From contig NW_018403664.1 of the NCBI RefSeq assembly GCF_002113885.1, positions 482,063 to 546,062 on the forward strand: a DNA stretch of 64,000 nt, written 5' to 3'. Positions 26,541-40,603 of this stretch are shown here, in pieces; positions within the stretch are counted from its first letter, which is position 1; the number at the start of each line of letters is the position of its first letter. The DNA is from Mizuhopecten yessoensis. Taxonomy: Eukaryota. Position numbers and translations under genes: made by a program. Below the pieces are notes generated by a model that was given only the letters and a program-made list of their open reading frames with translations, was not told where the DNA came from and did not search any database.

Positions 26541-27183
26541 GGGATTGGTAAACTGTTATTGTTGCTAACCTCTAACATGATGTTATCAGACAGCACTATT
26601 TTGTAACGTGCCAGAAACATTTATATACCTAACACTATAACATTAACGTCATGAATAACTATAATTAGTAAAAAAAAACACCACAAGATAGGTCAGTGTT
26701 TTCTGTATAGATATAATAAATATCTTGGAATATGACAAAATATGCTACGTATTTTAACATATTTCTTTATATACACGAGGGTACATTTGCATTTATTAAT
26801 CTGTAGCAAAGTAATGTTGCTGTTTCTTGTGACAGGGAAATAACTATGCTACTATATACATGTACATCAATACTGATTTGCGATATGTTCTTACGTGACA
26901 AATGATATTATTAATTCTCTTGGAGGAAGTAAGAGACGGTGCTTTACTTCATGCCTTGAGGATCAACACTGAACTCTGCGATGAATCGAACGTATCGGAA
27001 TGACCCAATTGTCAAGAGAAAGTTATGTTGTGAAATCGTATGCGCTACATTTAAACGTCTTTGAGATTATCTCATACATAGAACATGTGTATGTATTTGT
27101 TTGCAGTATCAAATGTTGCGTTGTTTAATATAATATAAGTGTCCTTGTGTAATGTAAAATAGTGATGATAATTTTTCGGTCAT

Positions 27184-27360
27184 GCTCGCGCTGGCTAATT
27201 GGTTAAGGCGTCTGACCGTCTACGATTAACTCCCTCCATCACTGGGTCAACGATTCGAGGCCTACGTGGTACAGTCGCCTGGTACTGGCCGCAGTTCGGT
27301 GGTTTATCCCCGGGTACTCCGGTTTTCCTCCAGCACCAAAACACCATGACACGCCTAAAA
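27184..27360 (+). mobile_element. tRNA-derived SINE with V-domain-like core
   Basis: A box TGGCTAATTGG and degenerate B box GATTCGAGGCC, then GGTGGTTTATCCCCGGGTACTCCGGTTTTCCTCC, which resembles the V-SINE central motif. An A-rich tail follows. Confidence 0.7.
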
Positions 27361-29874
27361 TAGTAATAACTGTAAATCGGACATACAACAGTAACACACA
27401 ATAATAACTAATAACTTATCAAGCGCTCTATTCTGCTGAAGCTAACTGCTCTAAAGCGCTTGACAAATTAATATAAAAGACATACGCAAGTAAAATTAAA
27501 CATAAACGTATCGAATTAATATAAATATAAACAGATAAGATACTAAGCCCGATTTTTGAGTTTCTCCAGTGTATCATCTTTGGAGGTGTTGTATCCAAAC
27601 CAAACTGAAAGAAAAGCGAATCGACCTTGTTATCTGTACCCATTCAAAAGGACAGCTCATGGGAAAATACAATACAATAGAAAGTAAACGGAGATATAGA
27701 AAAATCTGCCATGTCATTTTATTAACATTTTTGTTTCGTATATCAGATAACAGGAAAAGGTAGATAATCTTTTCATGGTTTTCTTTGAGTACGCTGGAAA
27801 ACTGTGGCAGGAATCGATACAATGTTTTTTTTATACATAGCTCAGCTCAAGTCTTATTTCTTTTGTTTGATGAAAAATATAATACTCTGTATTCTAGAAG
27901 GTTTTCAATTCACATTCGGTAACACAAATCGTCACAATCTGAGGAACACGCGCGAAACAGGTAAGATAAATAACCGAGAAATAGGTATATACGGATATTG
28001 TCAGATAAGACTGTAACGATAATAAGCGATGATTATCCAGAGAAATCTAACACAAGTAAACGTAGAACAGAAACGTGTAATACTAACAAACGAAGAATAG
28101 AAACCGATCTATAAAGGTAAAGGTGATAAACAGGAAACACTAATTAGCAAAGGAGAGGTAGAGAAACCGGGAACATTAACAACCGAGAAATAGGTATATA
28201 TAAGGCGTAATGTTGGTGCATTTGTCTCATGAGATGAACTGGTACATAAACCGATAACAAAGAAAACTGAAGAATAAATAGAGAAAAAAAACCAGTTGTC
28301 ATTTATATGTGGGAAAACAGGTAGTTAATCATCCACAATGATAATCAAGGAATATATTGCAAAACTAATTATAATCGAAGGACGAATTGAGGAATTGGTA
28401 ACGTTATCAAGCGATGAAGATTTCCAACAATAAGCGATGTACAACTTACGTATTACATGCACGTTTTTACTTTAAAAAAAAACATGATGAGAAGTTAGGA
28501 CACGCGTAAAAGAAGGACATATTGCTCTTGATATTGTTATTTATTTGTGACAAAACTTCCATACAGTGCATTTTCAGCTCCGTCTTTAAGATTGGCGCAG
28601 TTCTGGTCCAAGAGCATTTATTTCTCGTGGAATATTCCTGCAGAACCTAAACTTTGATATGTGAAAGCAACATTGTGCGAAACCTTAGAATCAAAAAGTC
28701 ACAGAGGAGACGTTCGACGTTCAGACAAGTTTGTCTGCAGAAAGAATGATGTTTACAAACAGAGACTGTTGTTGCATTAAGGAATGCACATCTGTCTAAG
28801 GTAGGAAAACTAGAAATGATGGACACTTCCATTTGATGTAAGCAATGATAAGGAGGAAAGCTCGGTGTGCCGTTTTTAAGCTATCTGCACCAATTTACAT
28901 AGGATTGGAACATAGTGATTCAAAATAACATATTGATGTCACCGGGTTAAATCCCTGGAAGCTATAATGCAATAATTCCGTACGCATGCAAGAATCGTCC
29001 TTTAAGATAAGATAGAAAATATATAGTGTATTACATAGAATGTATCTAATACATACACAATACCTCCACTGTTAGAAACTTCATGTAATATATATGATAT
29101 ATTATATATTACAAAACGTGTTTGTTAATCTTTAACAATATTATGAAATAAATGATCGCCTTTGCTCCTTGAATTAATGTTTTTTTGGTTTGCCGTTTAC
29201 ATCGCATAAAAATAATTCGTTGTTTATTTGTTTTATATAAGAATCAGGAAACAATACTACTGTGTGCCAAGCGATATTTTGTATTATTGGAGGAGTGTAT
29301 GCGTCTCTGGTTTAACTATCACAAAGACGAGTACCAGATTGTGGAAAATATACAATGACATGCATCGCAAAACTAAAGGAATAAAGCTAAGTTATAAAAG
29401 AAATACGGTTTCTAAAATTTCTCCAGTATCTTCATTAGAAAAATACTTAAAATTCTGTCGGCTTTTTTTTCAAAATGTCTTCATATTCAAGACTTCTTTG
29501 TGTTATAACCAAATTTTGTCTGTAACTGTTTCAGCTGTTGCAATTTAACATTTAATCAAGAGTAGAAAAAAATGATAATATACCGCTACAACTCGAATGT
29601 TCGGAAAAACGAAAACATAATTTTCAATTTTCTGCTTTGTAAGGACCAAATTTTTAATTTCAAATTTATCACACGAAGAAAGTGTGGTTATCTTTATCAT
29701 GGTGCATTCTTTCAAACATATTTTTCATGAATAGAAATTTATGACTTGCTTGAATACCTAATCAAATAAAAAATCACAAAAAACAGAGGACCTCCGATAC
29801 CCGTACCTGGTTAATCGTTTTATATATAAATTGTATTGACTATTAGTAATAATTCACCTCAAGTTGACATACGT

Positions 29875-29909
29875 TCCTCCTCCTCCTCCTCCTCCTCCTC
29901 CTCCTCCTC
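29875..29909. repeat. (CCT)n microsatellite
   Basis: About 11 perfect copies. Confidence 0.95.
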
Positions 29910-30475
29910 GTTCAGTAGGGTTGACAGTGCACCTAATAGGACATCAAGATCAATTCGGGAAAGCACTCCTCTGCAACACCACAAGCGGAAAGCTTTCAAT
30001 TGAGACCAAAGTAGCCAACATTATGGAGACTGGAAAGGGTACTCCCCTGCAAGATAGTTTTTTTTATGTACAATCTACTGCTGGATAGACAAGTAAATAA
30101 AGCAACAAGGGAATGTAAACAGAACCGTAATCCGAACTGAAAACCTATGAAATTATGGCAAAATATAAACAAAGGAAATATTTACACAAAGACCTACGAA
30201 AATACCAGAGAAGACTTATTTTTAGTCCCGATTTATAACAAAATCGTCACATCAAGGGGTTACTGATAACTACTGTGACATATTCCTTAGTGTGATCAGA
30301 TTCTATCTAAACAGCCTACCCAAAGAAATATAATGTCAGCAGTGCTACAAATGTAAGCACCACTACCAGAATAAAAGCACGAGTCAATTGTTGAAGATAC
30401 CAGCCTCTCCCTTTCTACAGTATTTTGATTTCGATTGATGGCTGTATCTCTTGAATGTGGAGAACAATGGAGTTG

Positions 30476-30580
30476 ATCAGGGTCAGGAGGTGGGGCATCA
30501 GGGTCAGGAGGTGGGGCATCAGGGTCAGGAGGCGGGGAATCAGGGTCAGGAGGCGGGGCATCAGGGTCAGGAGGCGGGGC
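30476..30580. repeat. 21-bp G-rich tandem repeat, 5 copies
   Basis: ATCAGGGTCAGGAGG(C/T)GGGG(C/A). Confidence 0.92.
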
Positions 30581-33259
30581 TTGGGGATTGTATCGGGGCG
30601 ATCTGCGCTACTCTGGTCAGCACTTGTAGTTTTACCTTGGACTGGGGACCTACCCATATATTTGCGCTATTTCTGGTACGTACATTTTTTATTCGATGTT
30701 GTTCAACAAATATATGTATTCATTTAGTCCTTTCTTTAGAAATGACCCTATGCTGACAAGTGTAGACTAGGAAACAAATATCAGTCTTTACTATCCAGTG
30801 TGAACGTGTTCTGGGATATGTGTAGAATTAGCATTGTGTATAATGTATTTTATATAAGCACTTAGCAAATTACCATATTCTTCAATACTATTTGACAAAG
30901 TATATTCCTATGAAATACCGGATCTGTTTATCTAAACTTCGTCTTTCTGCACATAATTAGCTATTGAGACTGGTAGATACAATAACATAACGAGAGAACA
31001 AAGACACTGTATGAGCTGCAATACAGATATAGAAGACGAATATCATTGTATTTTAATATGCAGAAATTATCATATTCTGAGAGTAAAATACATAAAACCA
31101 TATTACTGGCGAAATCCTTAAATGTATAAACTTGAACAGTTACTAAGTGTTGATAATATCAGCGATCTTCGTAAACTTGCTAGATATATCTTTGAGGCAA
31201 ATAAGGCACGAGTGACGTAAACATGCATATCAATATAATTTATATTAATGTCTGTGTATGCATTATTGACATTTGTATCATTACGGATTACACGTTGTTG
31301 TTGTTGTTGTTGTTAATGTCAGATGATGATGATGATGTTGATGATGATTATGATAATGATGATGTTAGAGCGTTAATGATTGTTGAATGCACAATAATGA
31401 TGTGGGAGTGATAATGAGTGTTGATTGCACAATACATATATGTATATATCATTTGTAATTTATTGTAAATTATAGTTATCCAATAAGTTGTGAAACTTAA
31501 GGAATAAAAGTTGAATTGTGTATGTGTGTGTGTATGTGTGTATGTGTGTGTGTATCATATTGTATGTTGTCTCTTTATTGTTTTGTATATATGTTATAAC
31601 TGATAAGTCAACCGACTTAAAGTAATAACGAACTTGAACTTGGTTGATTCCAAGGTGAGTAAGATAATGCCGGCGGAGGGGTCGTCTCACAGGTCATGTT
31701 TGCCCTTTTGTGACCTCCTTCCAGGATAGGTTATCTGGGAAACTTTAAAGCTAAAAATATGGTCTCGTCAATAAGACTGATAACTCCTTCTTCTCAGCAA
31801 CTGTAAACATATTTGATTAAGTTTCTATTGTGTATTATTCCTCAACATGGCGTGTTTTGAAATAACCAGCCACACACTGACCTTCCTGACTAAATGTTTT
31901 ATTATATGTGTGTCGTAAGATCCATGTCACTTTACCCTTTGGGAGATTTCGTTGCGCGTGATATCTATACAATTTATTTCTGTTGGCAGATAAATGCTTC
32001 ATTGTGTGTATTACATATAATATACAAACATGTGTTCTTTACAGTCATTGTCATTAACAAAATATGAAATTATGATAATTAAAAGTAAATGAAACAAGAT
32101 TTTTTAATTAATTTTCAAATTCACTTATTGAAGCTATTGATGACGTACTGATACACAATAAAATATCTCTGATAACATATACAGATAAAACCGATTATAA
32201 ATAGTGGTAAAATTAGCTGACTTTGAAATGTTGCATTCTTACTTCATACATCTAGTGATTATTTTCGGAACAAGGTAGTTGGCTCTGCTAGTTGCCTGTC
32301 AGTCCCCTGTGTTGGCAGTAATTTTGTTTCTGAAATTAATTTGGGCACAGTCTATATGAATTAAGCATTTGTTTAAAAATGAATCATCTGTTTGCAACAT
32401 AGTACAGTTCGTGTTATAGACATTTTTCCATTTTGATGTAATAAGATTTGTCGAAATCACCAGATGTAGATTCATTTTTTTATTTTATTTCAGTACCAAC
32501 AATGAGTCTGAAGTAGACGACATTGCGATATAAGGCATTATCTGTTAACTTCGTTTGAAATTCTGCATCGTGTTTCCAAATTGTAATTAAGTGCATACAT
32601 ACTCCGTATTACTAGTGATTATATTTCGGTATATTAACGTAGCCCTAGCTTGATATTGACTTTAAATAGAGATGACTATTTCAACATAGCTAATATATGA
32701 AACCCTTCTATACGAATCAATGGTGAAACGAAAATTTGACAAATCACAAGTGGTTAAGACTTTTTACTGTTAAAAGTAAAACTTTTTTCAAGCCAACCAT
32801 GTTAATGAAAGGTAAGCGATGTTGGTGTGATTGATGGTCAGAGTTTCGCTGAGTAATGAACGTTTGCTATTGTCCTAGAGACGAAGTAGGTGTGTTGGCT
32901 GTGTGATGAACGGTATGTGCATTCTCGATACCACAGGGCCTACGCTCACTTACGCTCTGTGCACCCCTGGAATATGACATAGCATTATTAAAAGCACATG
33001 AGTAGCTATTTGATTGATTCAGTTAAGAACTTACCAAACGCTTGGCTGACACCTGTCTTTAAGGATACAGAAGAGCGACACGTGACTTCATAGCCGGTCA
33101 ATTTTGTACATCAATTGTTCAAACTTGGTACGCACCGAGACTTCAGTTTTGTCGTGAGATATCACATGAAAGCAGAGAAAGTCAGTGAGTGTTACCCAGG
33201 AGTACCAAGGATAGGGTATGGATTCGGTCGTAGGGTCGGATGATCGATGAAGTGCAAGG

Positions 33260-33664
33260 GGATACTTGGGTAGTGGAGATCAGGGCTCGGTTGAGTGATG
33301 AAGGGTGGGATGACTGGGTAATGGAGATCAGGGCTCGGCTGAGTGATGAAGGGTGGGATACTTGGGTAATGGAGAGCAGGGCTCGGCTGAGTGATGAAGG
33401 GTGGGATGACTGGGTAATGGAGATCAGGGCACGGCTGAGTGATGAAGGGTGGGATGACTGGGAAATGGAGATCAGGGCTCGGCTGAGTGATGAAGGGTGG
33501 GATGACTGGGTAATGGAGATCAGGGCTCGGCTGAGTGGCGAAGGGTGGGATGACTGGGTAATGAAGTCCAGGGCTTGTTTGAGTGATTAAGGGTGGGATG
33601 ACTGGGTAATGGAGATCAGGGCTCGGCTGAGTGATGAAGTGTGGGATACTTGGGTAATGGAGAG
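33260..33664. repeat. 48-bp G-rich tandem repeat upstream of copy B, ending at a single N
   Basis: GGGTAATGGAGATCAGGGCTCGGCTGAGTGATGAAGGGTGGGATGACT, about 8 copies. Confidence 0.93.
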
Positions 33665-33665
33665 N

Positions 33666-33826
33666 GCTTGTCCAGCCGTATCTGCTTTGGTCGGGTCCCA
33701 GAAATCTTTACCGGTAAAATCATTGTAATTAGTAACGTATATACATTATTGGGTGATTTGTGTTGCAGTATTTCACGTGAGTTGTCCATATGACTAAATA
33801 TGATCTTTCTGACAGCAGGTCTGTAT
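33666..33826 (-). repeat. inverted duplications: 33666-33733 = reverse complement of copy-B exon 9 (39350-39417); 33733-33826 = reverse complement of 39938-40031
   Basis: Direct reading. The first segment is a 68-bp exact match. The second is about 94 bp with a 2-nt difference. Confidence 0.92.
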
Positions 33827-33873
33827 GAAATATCATTGTAATTCCAGGTGTAAGCGTGCTGTAAACATCTGTA

Positions 33874-36800
33874 ATGGCGACACTGACAGGTGGTAAGTTA
33901 AACAAGACTAATAAACATGGTATATTATAAAGAGATCCTCTATATTTGTGATATTATTTTTTGTTGTGAAGAGATACTATAAACTTATATAGTTAAACGC
34001 ATTAAAGTCGTTCTAGTCTCCGTGGAGTATAACATATAAATAGATAGACATTACCACTATAAATCATATATCGCTCAAATAAAGGAAGACATTTTCTTTG
34101 AACTTATAACGCTGGATGCATTGCATTGGATACCTATTTATGTTCGAAAAATGACTGATTACTCGGATTGTGTGAGAAATTAAAAAATAACTGGGAGATA
34201 ACAAATGGAAACAATATGTTTAAAATCCTATTCTTACCCACTATTATGGGTACTACTGTACCCTACTACTAACTGTTTATTGGTAACCTATATATGTAAT
34301 ACGTATCAGTTGCATTCTCGATACAACTATTGATCTGGATTTCTTATTTTTTTCTTCACACAGTCTACTCGTACACACCGGAGGGTTTCCGGGTGACGAA
34401 AGATATGAAGAAGAGTTTCGATGATCAGGGATATATCTTAGTCAAGTAAGTGTTTGGCATCATCATCTGCATTTGCTTTGATAATTATAGATTATGAAGA
34501 AATTTATGTATATATATCAAAATGTTTTTGTTTTTTTGTTAGTTCTATTTGCTGTGTAAAAGTAAATATTTTAAGAATTAGGATGTAAACCCTTTGATAG
34601 AAAACAATACTGAACAACACTTCCTATATCTAATGACAAGATCAAAAGACTAAGCAATGTTTCTATCCAATATTATTTCACTAACTGATAATTTTTGGTT
34701 CGGTAAAAATTAACGCATTAACAGGTCAGAACAATTAATGGAAATGCTTTAATAGTGTTTTTTTGCAATACGTTTAGTAATGCGCACATCATTAAAAGGT
34801 GAAGCAAAAGCTTTTAGATATTTAAATAATATTGTGCCAGTATATATATTTATTTAAAACACACCGAACTCATGTTGAAAAAAATGACACTTTGGTAATA
34901 TTTATTATACAGGGGCTTGTTCGACCAGGAGGAGATGACTAACGTGAAGAAGGTGTTTGAGGACGGAAACATCATCGAGGATAACGGGTTTACAGTTAGT
35001 TTTGTCCGTCGGTATATGCTTGCTCAATAGAGAAATATCATAACGAATATTGTACTTGGAAATTAATGGCGAAAAAGGTAATTCTATAAGTTAAATAAAT
35101 GACAATCACAATACACAAGACGAACTTTACGTTTAAGACCAACGCTATCCCGTCACACTTACGAACGGCTCTAACAGGTTGCCTCCTATATGTATAGCTA
35201 TGTTCAATGTGAAATCACTTGTTTTTATTTGATGTTACAGATGGAAGATGCAGATGGAAAAAAAGGGAGGATGGTGTTGTGGAATAGTCCCGGAAATGAC
35301 GTATCTGGAATGATGGCACGTTGTGAGAAGGTCGTCAATACTTGTGAAGACGTAAGAACAAAACAAATCGCTTGATCACATGGTACTCACAAGAAGTCAA
35401 AAATGATTAATTGCGATTGTTGTCTTAAAGGATGAACGTAAGACACATACTTTATATTGCACCTACAACATTTGGTAATAGATCCAGCACCTACAACATT
35501 TGGTAATAGATTCAGCACCTACAACATTTGGTAATAGATCCAGAACCGAAAACATTTGGTAATAGATCCAGCACCTACAGCATCTGGTAATAGATCCAGC
35601 ACCTACAACATTTGGTAATAGATCCAGCACCTAAAATATTTGGTAATAGATCCAGCACGCGAAAAAATGAATTACACTACATCATACGGCTGTTTTGTCA
35701 TCCTAGGAAGAATCAATCCTATGGCTTAAATGTAAATTGGTCCAAACTACTGATGACACACAACAAAGGGGGGATGGTGACGTTACATCCCTAAATGACA
35801 GGAACTTCAATACTTAACGTAGTACTGGTTACAGCAATATTTCAAACGGCAAACCCCGGGGACAAAGTAATCCAACATCAGAGCCTCCCACCTTGTATCT
35901 TGAAAGATAAATGAGAGTAACACATTCACATTAGACTACACATTAACATTTTATAATAAACCGAGTATGCCAAAATGAATTACGACGCAACAGCTATGAC
36001 TTATGTTACACAAGTTATTATTATCATTTTACATTTATAGTATCGGTTGTTCAAAGTAGAATAAATCAAGCACATTGTTTTCACTGCGAATATACTTTGA
36101 TGCGAACTAGAGAATGTATATATGTGGAAATAGTTTTTTTTATATAATAAACAAATACATTTGAACTCACGAATCATGTCATGTATTATTTGTTTAGCTG
36201 CTTGGAGACGAAGTTTACCATTACCATTCCAAATTGGTTTACAAAGATCCCTTCAGCGGAGGTGCCTTCGTCTGGCACCAGGACTACGGGTAAATAATGT
36301 ACAAATAATGATATTAATTTCTAATATTTCGGTTTCTACCACAATGTTGAGTCGTCTTTTCGTATCGAAATTTAATTTTTGTCCTTGAAAAAAATATTTA
36401 GCCTTTGAAACGTCATGATAACAATTATTCACTATCTGTGTCGTCATAACTGCGAAGTACACATAAAGTAATGGAAATATTACCGTGCAATCTGTCTGTT
36501 ACATTGACATGGTGTTGCAATCCTCTCTATACTCCCCAGGTACTGGTATCACAACAGTTGTCTGTTTCCCGACTTGATGACGGTGTTCATAGCTATCGAC
36601 AAATGCTCACGTTCAAATGGATGTCTGCAGGTAACATTTTACATTATAACACAGCATTTGTGATGCAATGCGTGATTTGTACATAAGATAGACTATTGGT
36701 TTCTTTTCAAACTTCGTATTCATTGCATAGCTATATGTACACATACCTAACATAAAATGTCTCTGACAGATCCTGCCTGGTTCTAACAAGTGTGGTCGTA

Positions 36801-39451
36801 TTGAGCACGGTGTCACACATGGCCAAAACCGCGCGGATTCTGAACGAGTGTCTGCTATCGAGAAAGTCTGCCCTAAGGCTTACGTAGAGATGGACCCAGG
36901 TAACTAGTTTTATACTTTTATACTTAGTTTTACGATTGTTGCTACGCCAATGTAATGTTGTTCCATTCATCATCGATAAAAATGAAATGAAACAACTGCT
37001 AGGTCATTTTCATTTTATTTCTTTTATTTCGAATCGCTTTCAGGATTACAAATCTCTTCCCATTGGGTTTACATATACACAACGGGCCATTTTACCAGCA
37101 GTGAAAAAGTCCAAGAATTTACCGTTTCAGTTAAAAGACAAATTCCAAAAAATTGTTAGAATATTCAAACAAGTTCGTTTTATGGCATTTACTGTAAGCC
37201 AATTACTATTCATGCTAAATAGTGTTATCAATTGTTGTTATAAGTACACAGGAATAGAACCTGTGATTGAAATCCCCAAAGTTCAACCATTTCTATTTAT
37301 CTAAATTGTCTACCTGACTTACCCCGATGCATTAGCAAAGCCAAAGAGGTTTGTACTTTTCGTTCTCTTTACGTTTGAGTTAATATTTCCTGCTTGGTTT
37401 AAGCTAATCATTCATTACCATAATCAGACGTGCGCAATTTCGGTTGAAATCAATGTGAAAACAAATAAATATTCTCCATTTTATCAAGGTATTGCTATAT
37501 AATATTTGAAAAATTTCTTGAACAATCTTCTCTAATTTTAAGTATTCATTTTATCTTCTAACATCGTAGAGACTGGGGGCACGTAAGGCTTGGATACATC
37601 CCCATTTTGCGCGATCATTTACTACCACCCTTGCCGAGCTCCCCTTATCCTTCCCAATGTTTCCTTTCTTTTTAAACTGTACCCCTCCGTGTACTCTGCT
37701 GCTTTACTTTCCATTTTTTTTTTTGTCATGTAAATGAAATCATGGAGTGTTTTTATCGCTCGAGTCTCCAAATATGATTTCATTTCAGAATATTTATTGT
37801 TCATATCTTAGATACAAAGGAATTGGGCAACAGGCAAAGCCTAAAGCGCCCTCTCCTTGCAGTTATAAACAGTTTATACAAATCATATTGAATTGAAGTA
37901 ATGATAAAACATGTATATTATATATATTGATATTTGCATGTCATTATTTATTTATTTTTAAATTGTTGTTACAAAAGCTAGATTGTAAAAAAAATGGCAA
38001 TTAAAATGATGCTGGTGGACAGCACATAGTACAATTATGTGCTAGCATTATTCCACACAGCAAAGTCATGTGAAAATAGATAAACAAGTAAGTATAATCT
38101 AGTAAAAGCGTCTAGTATCTTTAATGAATCCTAATATGTTTAATCCATTTCTCTCTCCTTATTATTACTTACTAGCTTCCTGAACCTGTCCATGTCATAA
38201 TGTTAAACCTCCAATTTAAAATAACATCCAGCCCTCTGATTTTCCCTGATCTATTCTTCTCATACATCTATTCTGGAATATCTCACTTCCATGCTCCCCG
38301 TATCAGCACAACGTATATAATTGCTGACATTATAAATACGATGCAGACAGACAATATTTTTTCTCTCAAATTAATAAAGGTTTTCATACAATGTATCTCT
38401 ATTTTTACTAATCTAAGGAACTGCCTCTTTATAATCCTACCAAGTAGATGCCAAGACCCACATGTAGGTCAATTCTTTATAAACTATCCTCCGATCTGAT
38501 CCTTCTATGTTTTAGAATCTGATGTGTTGTGTAGTTTTGCTGAGTGAGATTGAAGTCCGTATATAAAGGTTAGGCTGATATTGTACCTAGCAAAACTTCC
38601 ATACTTTAACACACAACATGCATGCTTTATTTTAGCAGTTTCGTCGCAGAACTTTCCGTGATTTGGTGTGTTTCATATCTAATTACCTTAAATGCAAATG
38701 TACATGGGAATAGTATTGAGTTTGACAGTGTAATACCTGTAATTGTGTTGCAGGTGACACATTGTTCTTCCACTGTAACCTGTTACACACGAGTTCTGGC
38801 AATGAGAGTGCTGATAGACGGTGGGCTTTACTTACTGCCTACAATACTAAGGCGAACAACGCCCTAGTGCCTCATCACCACTCACAATACACACCTCTAC
38901 ACAAGGTAAAATACCACAGCCAGTCTAACGACCAGCAACACGCCCTTACCCAAGGTGCTACTGCGCTTCATTGGATGTGGCTTTGTCCAGTTGTCATTCA
39001 TATACACATAATATATATTTCATTCAAACAAATTATTTGGAGAATTCTTATATATAGACTTCCGAACAACATAAAATGCTTGAAGTAATTGAAATTGAAA
39101 TGTTTCTTTAGTTCTATTTATTTTTATCATTTTAACACGAGTTCTTATATCGGTTTTTTTAGTATACTGCTCATCAATTAAAGCATATGTTTGCTTCCCA
39201 TCAGTATATTTACGAGTAATATGTGATTCGTTAGTCTCTGATATAACAATTTGGTAAATATATACAAGTATGTCTCATGTTCAAATCGGTGAGTTACGAT
39301 TATTTGACCATTTTATCCACAGGTGCCGGACAGTGCTGTAAGGAACTGCACTAATTACAATGATTTTACCGGTAAAGATTTCTGGGACCCGACCAAAGCA
39401 GATACGGCTGGACAAGCTATTCTTGAAAGACAAGCCAAGTGTGAAAAGTAG
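33874..39451 (+). CDS. PhyH-family Fe(II)/2OG dioxygenase copy B, complete, 295 aa; exons 33874-33892, 34364-34445, 34913-34994, 35241-35351, 36198-36289, 36540-36630, 36770-36899, 38754-38905, 39323-39451
   Basis: All introns are GT-AG and the spliced ORF is 888 nt: [77 protein letters not shown]. Confidence 0.93.
35458..35658. repeat. 28-bp tandem repeat, ~7 copies (intron 4 of copy B)
   Basis: GCACCTACAACATTTGGTAATAGATCCA. Confidence 0.92.
37778..38500 (-). mobile_element. degraded LINE 3' end in intron 7 of copy B
   Basis: Minus-strand ..[12 protein letters not shown] resembles the end of the LINE at 19983. The tail (GGAGAG..TAGGC..GCCTGTTG..AATAAA..GAAATGAAA) resembles the tail at 19113-19190. 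Confidence 0.45.
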
Positions 39452-40603
39452 TAATGATATTTGATTGAACAGATTATATATAACCGTTATCATTAGGTAC
39501 GCAGTGATTTGTGGGCACGTGTAATTGATGATTATATAATGTTAACATCAGATTATCATCCAAAATAGATGTATAAGACTTTCCTAGTGGATATTGTGTG
39601 TCTTCCATGATAAACAGATGTTAAAATGAGGACTTTTAGTTTCTTTTTTAAATAATACTTAAAGACAGCCTTAGCATACAAGAAAACCCTTGCTCCAACG
39701 TTTTCGCAATATTTCTTACTCCAAACATTGCAAGTCGTGCAATTATTGATGACAAAATAATTTTCTGATGGTAACATAAGTATCTATGTTCAATTAAAGG
39801 TGAATATGACTTATGTATAAACGAAAACAATTGTCCTGTTGGGCCGTCCTATGCTTAAATCACGTTTAAAACTGGATGTTGCATCTTTTGAAGATAAGGG
39901 ACAAATATGGATAACAGCAGAATCTATAACAGAATATATACAGACCTGCTGTCAGAAAGATCATATTTAGTCATATGGACAACTCACGTGAAATATAGCA
40001 ACACAAATCACCCAATAATGTATATACGTTAGCATAAACAGATTTGAAAAATCACATGACATCATGCATTTTAAGAAGGTCAAGACCACTCGGCGTTAGA
40101 TAGTTAAGGATAAACTAACTGTACATGTGTAATTATGAATTAGGGCAGGATCGTGTCATGTAAGACAGAACTTTTTTGATAGGGCAGAAATACGTAATGT
40201 TAGATAGGGCAGACATACGTTATTTTAGACAGAGCGTAATAAGCTGTGTTAGTTAGGGCAGAAATACGTTATGTTAGATAGAGCAGAAATACGTAATGTT
40301 AGATAGGGCAGACATACGTTATTTTAGACACAGCGTAAAACTCAGAGTATGTTATCTCAGACAGAAAAGGACAGGACCAATTGACGTTAGAAAGTGCATT
40401 TCAAACTAACCAGACACAAACTAACCACACAAACAAACTAACCATACACAAACAAACTAACCAGACACAAACAAACTAGGAACACAACGTTTTTGTTGTG
40501 CAGGATACACGGACAAAATACACTTATGTAAAAGTGTACAGAGCACACAAACTAAACACCCCTTGTTAGATTGTGAAGAATCTTAAGACTAAATACTCAA
40601 TAT

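Noticed and set aside
30415-30756. ORFs with GHQGQEA / GIRVRRR repeats
   Set aside because: Translations of a 21-bp repeat in several frames.
33240-33590. 116-aa ORF (EIRARLSDEGWDDWVM)n
   Set aside because: Translation of a 48-bp minisatellite. The next unit has a stop.
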